Of a DNA stretch of 64,000 bases, positions 26,202-38,555 are shown piece after piece. Origin of the DNA: Hydrolagus colliei (Eukaryota); contig CM068757.1 in NCBI GenBank assembly GCA_035084275.1, positions 3,658,001-3,722,000 on the forward strand. The letters are read 5' to 3'. Numbering within the stretch: the stretch's first letter is position 1; each line of letters begins with the position of its first letter. Position numbers and translations under genes: made by a program. The notes beneath the pieces are model-generated. The model did not search any database, was not told where the DNA came from, and saw nothing but the letters and a program-made list of their open reading frames with translations.

Positions 26202-26493
26202 GGTAGGCCTACTCCAAGGTACTCCAGACAGAAATTTTGTGTTTTCCCAGTTTTTTTGTTTAAAATTATATGAGAAAAAAATCTAAACATTAGAAACAAA
26301 TTGATTAAGAACAAATGGAAAATTGTTTCTAATTCTCATCGGGAACTGGAAAGAGCTTTCACTCTCATTTTCACACATTATCATCCACACACTGGTCTCT
26401 TTGAAATGAGTTGTTTAGATTGTTTTCTTATATCATTTTAAACAAAAAAACTGGAAAAACGCAAAATTTCGGTATGGAATACCTTGGAGTACC
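26202..26493. mobile_element. Non-autonomous DNA transposon (MITE) with ~95-bp imperfect TIRs and TTAA flanks, Kolobok-like
   Basis: The left arm ttaa|ggta(ggccta)ctccaaggtactccagacagaaattttgtgttttcccagtttttttgtttaaaattatatgagaaaaaaatctaaaca is an inverted copy of the right arm ending ...accttggagtacc|ttaa. Termini are GG...CC. Confidence 0.8.
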
Positions 26494-26761
26494 TTAAGCC
26501 ATTTGAAAAGCAGACTAACTGCACATCTGTAACTTCTTTCCTACTGTGATACATTGTTCAGTTGGCTTGGTCATCTAAACATCACGTTACCCAGCTACAG
26601 TGGGGTATCTCTTCTATATCCTCTAGAATACCTACTTACAATTATTGAGATACAGTAGGAGCATATGATGATAAATCATACTGAATTATTGTGAAATCCT
26701 CCCACATCGCTCTGTTTACCCACAGGAAGCAATCAACGGGGCTTTATAATAATTCTCAACA

Positions 26762-26950
26762 AAGGCCTCTTCAACCGCGTCTTCGGCTGCCCCACTGACT
26801 CTTCCCCCTCTCCTTTCCCTTCCTCCTACCCCGACCCTCTACCCCCCCACCGGCCCCACCACTCGGGTCCCAACCTGACTGTTCAGCGCTTTGGGACGTC
26901 CTCCCGACGTGAAAGGCGCTTTTATAAGTGCAATTTTGTTGTTGGTTGTT
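26762..26950 (+). mobile_element. L2 LINE 3' UTR and tail, relatively young
   Basis: ctcttcaaccgcgtcttcggc, a C-rich tract, then cagcgctttgggacgtcctcccgacgtgaaaggcgcttttataagtgcaa(TTG)n; CpGs are retained. Confidence 0.85.
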
Positions 26951-28974
26951 GAAGACAATTGTGGCCCATGGCATTATGACTAAAGCAACAACAAGAGTAA
27001 AGGAGGGAACATAAAAGATTTATTGAGTTTGTAAACGTAGAGTCTTTTCTTCTCATTTTGTCAGTCATGTTTATTCACTCGTTCACATTTTATTCATTTT
27101 CCCTGGTAAACGATTCCCAATTCTTCTTAAACCAACACCGCGGAGAAAGATGACTGAGCCCTTATCTGATCCCCACCCACAGTCTACTCGGGTGGTAAAT
27201 GCAATGAGCTATTCAAAGAACCGAGCAAATTCATACAGTACATTGACATTTACAGGTTTACTGGGGACTTTCAAATCTACTCATAACAGAACTGAGAATT
27301 TTGTGCCTAAAGTGATCTGGAGGATTTGTCTTGTGAAACAGACTAATCCTAGAGGAATAGTAGAATCAACTTAATGGTTTAAATTTCACAGCTATTGCAA
27401 TTTAGTTTACAAGACAACACCAGCCTTCCATTGAATACATCTTATAGGAAGTATGTGTCAAAGATGTTGAGCCAATTACTATCGAAGACGAATGCTACTG
27501 AAATGCCTGTAACTAATGAGTGTGACAAATCTCCATTAGAGTTGTGAGTGCCGGTCTAACTTCACTGCAATAGATTTTGGTTTCTTAAAAAGCTATAAGG
27601 CTTGAGAATGTAAATCCTGTTAATCTAACCCTAATACCATACTTCCACTTCTATCAGTGTTTGAGAACAGATAGCTGCTGGCTTTGGGTCTCCATTAAGC
27701 CAATAGGGTGTGGCTGCTGTGCGTTGCGTTTACAAAAAAACTTGACAAAGCGAAGACTCTCTTTAAAGTTTATTTCAATGTTGTCAAAAGGAGTGCATTT
27801 TTACATTGAGAACGATAACAGATAATTCAGCTATTTGTATTACTGTGGGAGAGTTTCTGGGCAACAGTAATTTTGTTGATTTTTTTTGTCAAAACAGCAA
27901 TACAATGTATTGAAATGATAGTCGAGTGGAAATAGTTCTCAGTTTCTGGTACTAGTTTATAACATAGGCAATGTCAATGCTATTGGAAGAACACCAATTA
28001 AAGTTGCTAATAGGTAGGGAGATCCAATTCAATTTGACAAGGTTTTGAATTCTTACGTGGCTTATACAAGTTGCTCTCAGAGTTGTTATGTTAGGATAAA
28101 TGAGGACTTCAACATTCTAGGCTGTGATTATCTTTTGGTGAGGAATGAGAAAATTGGGAGTCAGAACCCATAACTGCATCCTCATAATATTATATCCTAG
28201 AAATAGAGCTAAAACCTAAAAATGAAAATATATGGCAGGCAAACAGACAAACGTCACAGAAGTAGTATAGTATTGTCTTGCAAAAGCGTTTAGCCACAAG
28301 AGAACTCATTTGTGTTAACTTATAAAATGTTAATCTAAGTTATTACAGCGAGGTGGTATAAGGATATTCACAGAGATATAAAATAATAATCCTTTCATTT
28401 CATACGATGCCTTATCTCTTTGTAGAAATGTTTTTCTTAAAACACAATTCACAGCGATTACTGTAAAGCTTAGTGACTGTGAATACCACAAACTTCACAT
28501 TAATTTTGCTAAGACGAGGCTTTTTAAGATGCAATAAAAGGCTAAGAAGGAATGAATCGGGAGTAATGGTAATTTCTGAAAAGAAAGACATAATGACATC
28601 TCCAAATAATATCTGCGTGGTTTGATATTAGATTTACCATCGTGAGAATCCTTGACTCCTTCTGAATCACTGGAGCACCAGACGTTCTGCTTTCTTTTAA
28701 ATCATGGAAATTAAGTTTTCTCACGCTTGTAAAGGAAATGAAGAATGAATATGGAAGTGTGGGTCACGATGTGAGTTACACATCAGAATGAATTTCCAAG
28801 AATGAGCACAGGAATAGTTTTAGCTATGCTCTCGAGTGCTGAAATACGACTCTTAAATCAAACCATTGATCCACACACATGTACATTTAAGTGGTATTGA
28901 TTGTTTTGCTTTCTTTTCACCTAAAAGCAATAAAGTCTGTATTCGTTTTCGTTGGAATATATAGGCTGTAGCTC

Positions 28975-29325
28975 CAAACCGTTCTAAACCATCACTGCTT
29001 CATTCCTTACACCAGCTCCCCGTCACCCAGTGGACTGAATTGAAGATTTTTGCCCTGGGATTCAAATGCCTGCACTGCCTCGTCCCACCCTCTCCATACT
29101 GTTACTACTGTGGCTGCTCCCTCCACTCAGGAAACACCAGCTTACCTCATGTCCCCACTCGCTCCTCCCCACCATTGGTGGGCAAGCCTTCAGCCATTCT
29201 AACCCTGCGTTCTGGACCCTCATCTCAGATTCCCTCAGCCTCGTCACCTCCCTCTCTGCCTTCAAACCTACCTCCAAACCCGTTCATTCCTTTCGGCCAC
29301 TTTATGCCCTCCCTTCCTCAGCTCA
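28975..29325 (+). mobile_element. L2 LINE ORF2 C-terminal fragment
   Basis: PTIGGQAFSHSNPAFWTLISDSLSLVTSLSAFK matches the L2 pattern GGRAFSxxAPxLWNxLPxxLRxxxSLxxFK. Confidence 0.82.
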
Positions 29326-29327
29326 TA

Positions 29328-29440
29328 GCATCTCATCCAAATGATGGTGACTCCAGCGATGCAGCACACCACCATCATTGCATTGGAATCAGTCTAGAGC
29401 ATGTGATTTCAAAGTGCTGACATGGGGTTTGAATCACATT
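29328..29440 (-). mobile_element. SacSINE1-like DeuSINE fragment
   Basis: catctcatccaaatgatggtgactccagcgatgcagcac...tggggtttgaatcaca is the reverse complement of the head and body at 35910-36025. Confidence 0.7.
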
Positions 29441-31159
29441 GACAATAGATTGTAACAGGAAAGTGGTCAATAGGCCATTCTGATGGACAGGTGCAACCTA
29501 TGCCCATACACGGCACCATCTAGCCTTCATTTACTGCATATATTAACAGAATATCAGTCTAGGGTGCCAGTACAGTACAATATGCCTGTATATTAAAGCA
29601 TTATTTTGAAATGTTTTTCAAATTGAAATCATAACATATTGTAGAAAACACTATCCGGAAAATACTTATGAATTATGCGCAGTAACTATTTCTGTACGGA
29701 ATGCACTGCAGTATTTAATTATAGAGCATATCTGATTTTAAAATATGATTCATGCTCACAGACGTTGAACCCAAAAAACATTTCGTAACAATGTATCAAT
29801 GAGCTAAATTGACTCAAGAGAAAAACAACAGACAATAGAAGAAAAGCCTAGTTTGCGGTGGTCTGGAATTGCTGTACGTTTTAAGTTGAAATGGCATGTT
29901 TTATTTATGGAAAAATTCAGTGGTTTAAAGCTGTACCCCATAATTGCTAGCTGTGCAAGTGTACAATTCCTCACTGAATTGTCTCTCATGTCTGTATGCT
30001 TCGTGCAGAGGCTTTCAAATGGTGGGGCTAATTGATTTAATAGTCAGTTGTCTAACCCCAGAACAAAATGGCACTTCCATGATTTTCAAATAAGGTTTTG
30101 TGGCTGGCTGCACTAAACTGCTGAATGACCTATCTGCTTTATTTCACCACCCTTTCACTTGGAGATAGTATCATTGCAACTGCTGTGTGTAAATCCATAG
30201 ACAGGGCAGTGGCATTCGACTCTGAAAAATCAGATACCTATCATTACCGCATTCATTGACCACTTATTGCACTACACTGATCTACAGCTTTTCTTTGGTA
30301 CGCTGGATGTCTGATACATGAGGAAACCCATCATTATGCTAAGAGTATATAAGCCAGACTGAGAATCCTACATATGCATGCCACCTACGCATGGAAAATT
30401 CCCCGTGTCTGGAATAGAACACACTCTCTAGGTCCCTGGAGGAATGTACATTGCTTACATAATGCCAGGAAGTATTAGGTGCAGGGTGGCGAGAGCCGAG
30501 AGATAAGCTGCCCAGATATTGAAGATCTTCAGAATGTTTAGATAGCATGCGTTAAAAAATTAGCGCTTTAAAAAAAACGTCACTAAGCCCTATGTGACTA
30601 CCAAAGGAAACCATCAAAATTGACGAACGTGTTATGATGCTGGTTTTACTTCACGAACATTAGAGTGAATGTAGGAAACTAATTAAAACAAGTATGTACT
30701 AATTTGTTGTCAGTGATGTGGCAACGTGGCTGCTTTGATGGGGGAGGAAAATGTGATTGAATATTTTTTTTTTACATTCCGCATTATTTATGTATGACAT
30801 ATTTTAGTTCCAGGCAGAATTCAAACTGAACATTCAATCCAAAACAAAGCCATGCTTTTCCCATCCTCCCAAACTGTTTAAAAATACTTATCAGCAATAA
30901 AGCTCTACATCACAAACTCATACCATTTACAATTATCCAACACTGTCACGTCAAGCTGGACATGGGTTTAGCAACAAAATAACGCAGTATAAAATGGGTG
31001 AAAATCAGACGGAACATGAACCTAAAACCACCCAGACATTGAAGGAGCATATTATTATGCTATCAGCTACATCAAGGTGTCTGTACGCAATTGGCTGCCA
31101 CGTTTCACCTTAAAATAAGCAGTCAAACCACTTTACAGCATATCCTGTGAAATAACTTT

Positions 31160-31262
31160 TTTATTTCTTTGCACAGAGGGTAATAAACAGCTGGGACAGC
31201 TTACCAGAGGGCTGGTTCATCCCAAGAGATTGGACTCATTTGAGAAAAAGCTTGACCAAATA
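31160..31262 (+). mobile_element. CR1 ORF2 end fragment
   Basis: ttctttgcacagagggtaataaacagctgggacagcttacca translates FFAQRVINSWDSLP. Confidence 0.75.
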
Positions 31263-31646
31263 TCTTCATCCCATCAAACATCTTCTTGAAGTTCTTAAAT
31301 AGTATCATCATCACCATCAATTGGCGTCATCGCCATTTGTTACTCGTTTCCCCGTGACCTGGTCTTATAAAAACTAATAGTGGATAATTTGGATAATAGC
31401 CTGTAGCCTTGTTAAAAGCTCTTCAATTGCTTTCTTTGTAATAAATTTCAAAGCCAACACAGATATAATTTCCAGGATCAAAGAACGTAACACTTGCAAC
31501 AACTTGAACGTTAACAATTTTCCAATCTTCGGGTGCTACTCTGCTACTTAATGAGTCTGCAAAAATATTTGGCAGCAGCTCTCGTGACCTCTGCTTTTAT
31601 TCACTTAACTATTCTTGGATGTAATTCACCTGGCCCTGAACATGAA

Positions 31647-31676
31647 CATTTCATGTACGCTCATTTCATGTACGCT
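31647..31676. repeat. Perfect 15-bp tandem duplication
   Basis: catttcatgtacgct x2. Confidence 0.9.
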
Positions 31677-33499
31677 CTCCATTTCCTTCAGTTCTCACAA
31701 ACATTTCCCAGCTTCCCAACAAACGGGCAGATCGCAAAGCAGCTCCATTCATGTGGGGAATCAGGACAGAAATCCAAGTCCGATATATCTTTGCAGTCGG
31801 AATGAAAAGAACTTGCATGAATTAATAAATTATAATAATCCTTGCATTTGTTATTGTGCACTTTACAGAATATTCCGTAAAGTGAATTAATTGTATATCT
31901 TGTGGGCTGAAACTTACTGTTTGGAAGATCACGTTGTGTTTTCTTCATTCGTGTGTGCAAATAAACACAAATGGTTGACGACAGTATTTGGCAAGGTGGG
32001 TAGTAGAAATATATCCATTGCCCATCTTTCAGTTTAGTTACACGCATATTCACCGAAAATATATGCATTTGCAAACAGAAACAAAACTAAAGATGAAAAT
32101 TAATTTGCACATTTGTCCAAAGTTTAGTTGAAGAGATGGTTGCATGTTATAAACCAAAGCTTTACATAAATTGCCAAATACATAAAGCTTTCTAAAAATT
32201 AGCTAAATTTTCATCGTATTGCAGGTGAAGGCATATTGGAAATCTGAAACAGAATTACTTGAACAAAATAGCACGAGTGAGGTGATAAATAACACTCAAA
32301 GTTGTATCGGAGCTTATTTTTACATTAAATCGAAAGACTTCTACCGAAAGTTACCCAGATATTGACGCAATTTGGGGATTGGATTTTGGCCTCAGAAGTC
32401 TATTTTTTTCTGCTCAGAAGCCAAACTTGGTGATACACATTGTTAGTCCAGAGAGAAAAATGCTAGAGGGCAGAAGGGCAACAGAGCAACACGCTGATTT
32501 CACTCCTTCTGAAAACCCTTCTGAATCAAACCGCCCTGCCACCGATACAGTTTTTTGGTGAGCAAGGTATATGGAAAGAAACCTTCACCCCAATCCACCC
32601 ATACACAGCTCCATTGAGATTATCAGCATTTATAGATCTCTCTATTTTTAATTGAAAGACTGTGAATGATAGATCTCTCGGAAGGTGTTCAAATGTTTCA
32701 GTGACATCTTAGCCTCAGCCATTCAATTGATCCTTTTCTTCAGAGCACAACCGAGAGTGACTCAGAAGGAAAAGAATCACCGCAATGCTGTGTACCTTGA
32801 CCAATTATACTCCCGTTCTATTTGAAGGTGGAAGCAACCTTAATTAAAACCTCCGCCAATGCAGGTAAGAAAGAGTCTGCAAAGATAAACAAGAGTCTAA
32901 TCCTTCAACTCTCTCGATCTATGTTTTTAACATCAGATTTATCATGGTTACAAAGTACTGTAATACAATGCAATCCGCATCGATTTAACCCAGCATAAAA
33001 AAACGCATTCTTGGAATTTTCGGGAATGTACAAGAAAGCCGAAGCAATAAACATGGAACACAATTTGGGCTCCAATAACCTGATATTGAACACCTGCTAA
33101 ATTAATATTTCTGTTTTACAAATAGAAAATCCGAAGCCTTTCTCTGTCCAAATCCATCGCACTCTTCTGTTTCTCCCCCAAATCTCACACCAGCTTACAC
33201 CAGCAGCAACAATGCTGCTCACATTTATCACGTGCTCAGAATAAACTTGAAATATGACTTTCAAGGGGGGTTTTTTCCTGCAGAAATTCTAAGGGTTAAA
33301 GTTCATACTCGATGCATTCAATCACTGCCAGATCCCGGCAAACACCTTCAGCATCTGTCAGTTTTACTCTCATTACAACACAAATGCACCCATTATAACC
33401 ACAGTCATTTAAATGTTGCATTTGGAATTCTAAAAACTTGTTTAGAGCTATCCAGAGCTACAATCCTTTGATCTCACCGAAAATCCAGTCTCAAGGCTT

Positions 33500-33630
33500 T
33501 TCATAGAATAGATTTCATAGATTCATAGAATTTTACGGCACAAAAGGAGGCCATTCGGCCCATCTAGTCTGTGCCGGCTCTTTGAAAAGAGCGATTCAAT
33601 CCCACTGCCCTGCCCGCTCCCCATAGCCTA
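33500..33630 (-). mobile_element. CR1 LINE extreme 3' end, young
   Basis: tcataga repeats followed by ggcacaaaaggaggccattcggcccatctagtctgtgccggctc...cccactgccctgcccgctccccatagcc. Confidence 0.88.
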
Positions 33631-34631
33631 ATAGAAGTTTAGGCTATTAGTTTAGTTTAGTCCACACATTATTTGGTGTTTGTACAAGTGGCCCTCATTA
33701 CATTATTACACTTAATAAATATTTGAAAAGTTTGATGCATTTGCCACTCTGATTGTAAGGTTTTAGAGCTCAAATATCTTTCCAACACAATAGGCTCCAC
33801 AATGGGTTTTTTTTCACAAGGTTAGCTTGAACGATGCAAGACTTAAACAAAAGTATGTTACACAGTGGATGTTATTGTTTCGCTTCATTGTGAATGAAAA
33901 TTGGTGGCGGTGGTAGAAGGGGAGGAGGGAATCCAAGGGGGGAGGGCAAGTATTCTCAGATTCATATCGCAATTTTGCCAGTAATAAATTCACTGTGCAA
34001 ACTTAAATTCCTTCATTGTAATGAACTTAGCTCATTAAAATATTTCTCCAAATCAAAAGTTTAGATTTAAGTAATCAAAGATTGAACACATACAGTATTA
34101 AATATATTATTACCTCCAAGTATTTCAGGGAGGATTTCAGTATTGGACGCTGCAAACTGGATACTGTACGATTGTTCTCTGGGATGAATATAATAACAAA
34201 TTACATTTATAGAGTGCCTTTCATGTCGGGAGGATGTCTCAAGGCATCCAAATATAGTTTGGATACAAGTATTCAGCAAACACTGTAGCCCAGAAAGTAA
34301 GAGCCAATAACTTAACAGAAACTGGTGTTCATCTTATTACAACTCTTACGCCAACCCATCTAAACATCAATATGAATCATGTGAATAATCTCACTTAATC
34401 ATATCGTGTATCTGGGGGATTGGATTTTTTTCCATTCAACCCAACAAGCTTGTACAGATCGTTTAGCGAGTGTAGTATGCAAAGTTGGACCACTATCAAG
34501 AAGTTTAACAACGCCCTTGTATTGGTTTCTACTATTATAAGTAAATCAATGCCCACAGTGTCCCAAATATGCATTTTGCACGCTTAATGCCTTGCGCCAA
34601 GTCATTTGAGTCAGTCTGAAACAATGACTGC

Positions 34632-34696
34632 CCAGCGCCTTGGGATGTCCTCCTGACATGAAAGGTGCTATACAAGTGCAATTGTTGTTGTTGTTG
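34632..34696 (+). mobile_element. L2-type 3' tail fragment
   Basis: cagcgccttgggatgtcctcctgacatgaaaggtgctatacaagtgcaattgttgttgttgtt. Confidence 0.82.
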
Positions 34697-35869
34697 AATG
34701 CTCTGGATGCAACAGTAAAGAAGCATCATTTCCTCACACCAGATTTGACAAATAGAACTCCACTCTGGTGACTTCTTGATCAGCTCTCTAGCTCAACTGC
34801 AGGCTTTAAAGCACAGCATAGATTTTCTTGCGATTACCAGACAAACAGCTGGCGAAGATAAATAAAGTAAGCAACAACATTCAACAACTCAACCTAAAGA
34901 ACACAAAAAAATTCGGAGCTAAAAAAAAATCTATATTTTACATCTTAGGGAGTACTCAAGCGTGCCGCTGTCTCCAGGTGAAACCTGGCAGGAGATTGAC
35001 TATAATTCATGTGCTAACCACCAGAAGTGGATAAATGGGGAATGTTTAATGCTTAAATCAATTATAAAAATACACGGTCAATTAAAATGATATGCACCTC
35101 AAGATGCAGCTCAATGCTGTATTAACCATGTGGATGACATCTTCACATTGATACTTCCAGTAAGGGTCATAAACACACTTAACTTTTTACCCTTGTTAAT
35201 CGATGTCCCATTGCCCCCATTCCATGTACAATGTCACACTTATCTACAATAAACCCATCAGTCATTCTTTGGCCCATGCACTAAATCTGCCCAATACATT
35301 GCAAATGCCATCAATCTTCATTAAAACAGTAACCTGGCTACATAGCTCCAAGCAATCAGTAATTTGACTGATTCTAGTACTAACCTCTATCTCATTCAAG
35401 ACTCACATGAACAACAGGGGAGCTCAAACAGACTTCTGTTCACCATTAATCATTGCCATTACTCACTGACCTTTCCATTGAACTGCACCTTGCTTTTTCC
35501 CCCTACCCCACTAACAGAATTTTCACTGTTTTACTGATTTACTATAAATGCCATTTAAAAAAAAAACATTTAACAGAGCTGCAATTCTATGAAATTGAAA
35601 TATGATTTCCAGGACTCAATCACAGAGGTCATTGTTATCAACGTGGATTGGCACCTGCATTCTTGTGGATGACCAATTCTTCAATGAACTCACATAACAT
35701 AATTGCTACGATGCCTACCATCAGAATAAAAGAGAGAGACAATACTTTGACATATAAGTGGTTCCCATCCATATTTCAGAAGAGTGAAGTCCAAAGAACA
35801 GTGTGTGTGAATACTAATTCTTAAGTAAGTACTAATGCTCAGCACTATAACAGGAAAATGTTCAACCAG

Positions 35870-36248
35870 CCTGACACAGTGGTAGGATGCTCGCCTCCGA
35901 GTCAGAAGATTGTGTGTTCAAGCCCCACGTCGGGACTTGGAATCACATAGTCTGAGGTGACACTCCAATCCGTTGCTGGGGGCAGGTGTTGTATTGTTGG
36001 AGATGCTGTCCTTTGGATAAGCATTATACTGAGGTCCTGTTCAGGTGGGCGTTAAAGATCCCAAGGCACTATCAGAAAAGAGAACGGAGTTTCTCCCAGT
36101 ATCCTGGCCAACAAATCCACCAAATTGGTCACTCATTCCATGGTTGTTTGTGAGACATTGCTGTATGCAACTGGCTGCCGCGTTTCGCCCAGAAAAATAC
36201 AGTCAAACAAACCACTTTGCAGTATATCCTGTGAAACGCTTTTGAGCG
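35870..36248 (+). mobile_element. SacSINE1-like DeuSINE, near full length
   Basis: Head gtggtaggatgctcgcctccgagtcagaagattgtgtgttcaagcccc; Deu core caggtgggcgttaaagatcccaaggcactat...tcctggccaa; the 3' part is shared with the young SINE family. Confidence 0.85.
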
Positions 36249-37267
36249 GTCCCGACGTTCAACTAAGTAAGTTGATTCTTCTCAATTGTGAGCACAATGT
36301 TATTATAATCGGTCAGAGTTAGTAGATTAATCAATACTGAATCCACCACACTCGTGTGAGGACACCACTGCTGCTGAGCTTCATTTCAAACAGCTTCAGG
36401 AGCCTTTGTGGCAGAGGTGAGCAAATAATTATTCGGTCAACTCTATTTGGACTATAATTTCTTTGCGCCTTTTAGAAATTGAGGTTTTGCTCTTGAGGGC
36501 AAATTAAACCATGGAATAAAATGTGTAGAAAAACTAGGAAACAGCATCACACTAAAGGAGATGCTGCATTGGTCACAGGGCTGTGGGACTTCATTCAATG
36601 AAACTTATGCAGCAGAATGAAGCATAGCTTTGTCTCACACAATGATTCTATATATATATATATATTATAGATATATATAGTATATAAAATAATTGTTGAG
36701 TTCTTGTGGTTCAGGCTTGTTTTGTTTAAATTATAACGAGCGACCCTAAAAATAAGGCTCTTTCACTCCCTACAATGCCCTTCTTGCTCTATTTATTGTG
36801 TTTATTTGGCCAGCTGGCTTACAGGTTTAAAGCCATCCACTTCATCCAGCACTGGCAGAGGTCACCGGCAGATGTTAGTGATTTTACAGCTCCACGCAAA
36901 AAACACTTTGCGCAAGACTGTGGGTAATTTTTCCAAACCCACCCTGACGTAAAAGTTTGCTTCGTTTCACCAAACTGATGACCCCCTGGAGAGATGATGA
37001 ATATCATGCCACACTAAATACAGTTTAGTAATTAATTTTGCTTGGGGTATCACTAAGAACTAAAAATAGCAAATGGGTCAGTGTTTTCGTTTTCCAAAGC
37101 ACTCCTCCCCAATTACACTCGTGCTCATTTACTGCACTGCCATGTTTGCCGACCTACTCAGAATCCCAGCAGGCAGATTCTAATTTTACCAAACAAAGAA
37201 AGAGGCAGGAGCTAATGACTATGAATGTTAATAAGAGGTATTTCGGGGTATTTTAGGGCACAATATA

Positions 37268-37558
37268 AATAATAATTATCCTTACATTTTATATAATGCT
37301 TTTCACGTCTTCTAGACGTCTCAAAGAGCTTCACAGAATATGCTGTATATATGTGGGTGAAACACAGTAGCCAATTGCACACAGTAAGTGTCCCACAAAC
37401 AGTCATGGATTGAAATGACTAACTTTGTTATTGTTTTTTTTGAGGGATTGTTATTAGGTATGTGGGGTAAGGAAACTTGCCCAAGGTTTCATCCCGGATG
37501 GAATTGAACCTAGGTCTTTTGCTTGCAAGGCAAATGCTCGAACCACTGAGCTGTAGGC
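37268..37558 (-). mobile_element. tRNA-derived SINE, short form, full length
   Basis: Minus-strand head cagctcagtggttcgagcatttgccttgcaagc...ggttcaattcc, plus body and tail. Confidence 0.92.
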
Positions 37559-38365
37559 TTTTTGCAGATTCATTGTTTGTTTGGATTGGCCACTCAGTGG
37601 ATTGTGGATTGGATTGATCATGAGCAATCTTGAAGTTCCCATTCCATCGTACACAAGTATGAGATTCTCAGTTCATTAAAATGACAGTTTGGTTTTGTAA
37701 TTCAACTGCTGACCAATCAAATCTGATTAGTAAAGTTTGATGACAATTTGGTTGGAATTTCATCGACTATAAAATGATCAGGACCAATGCTCCCATGTGT
37801 AAAGTCAGTGAAGCTGTGAGAAAATACATACTTTCTCCCATGTATCGCAAGTCTCTTCTGTGTTGAGAAGCCAGATTATGTCATTGCCAAGACAATGTCT
37901 GGTCGGCAGCTGTAATCTTTCACAGCTGGAGATGAATGCAATGGCATTTCCTCGTGAATCTAGTTCAGCTTGACTGCTGTCTTGGATAAAGTCACAAACC
38001 GCAAAGTAACCAATACACTTCGAGCAAACAAGGTTTTTAAGACCCAAAGCAACAAAAGTTACCATAATGTACCTCTTAAAACATCACCGCCACTTTTAAA
38101 TTCTGGTAGAATATTGTGCAAATGCATTTGAAAAGAGTTGACAAACTCTTAACAAAAAATCACTGCTTTGATTTCGAAAGGACATACAATATGTTTTAAC
38201 CTGTCAACCTTAAACCCCACACTCGCATATCATTCACTCCACTGCAGAACATGACAAAGTTAAATGATAATTTAGCGTTGTTCTGCAAGAAGGGAAATGA
38301 TTCAAACCATAAATATTACACTGAGTACAACCACAACAATGCTTCTAATGAGCATTCGCAGGCAA

Positions 38366-38555
38366 ATAATAATAGTAATCATAATAATAATTCTTGCATT
38401 TCATATAGCGCTTTTCATATCTCAAAGCGCTTCACAGAATATACTGTGAAGTGAATTAACTGTATAGTTGTGGGCGGTACGTGGCAGCCTATTGCGCACA
38501 GCAGTGTCCCACAAACAGTCGTGGATTGAGTGACTAAATTATTATTGGAGGGTTT
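38366..38555 (-). mobile_element. SINE 3' half
   Basis: (AAT)n...cttgcatttcatatagcgc...gcagtgtcccacaaacagtcgtggattg. Confidence 0.88.
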
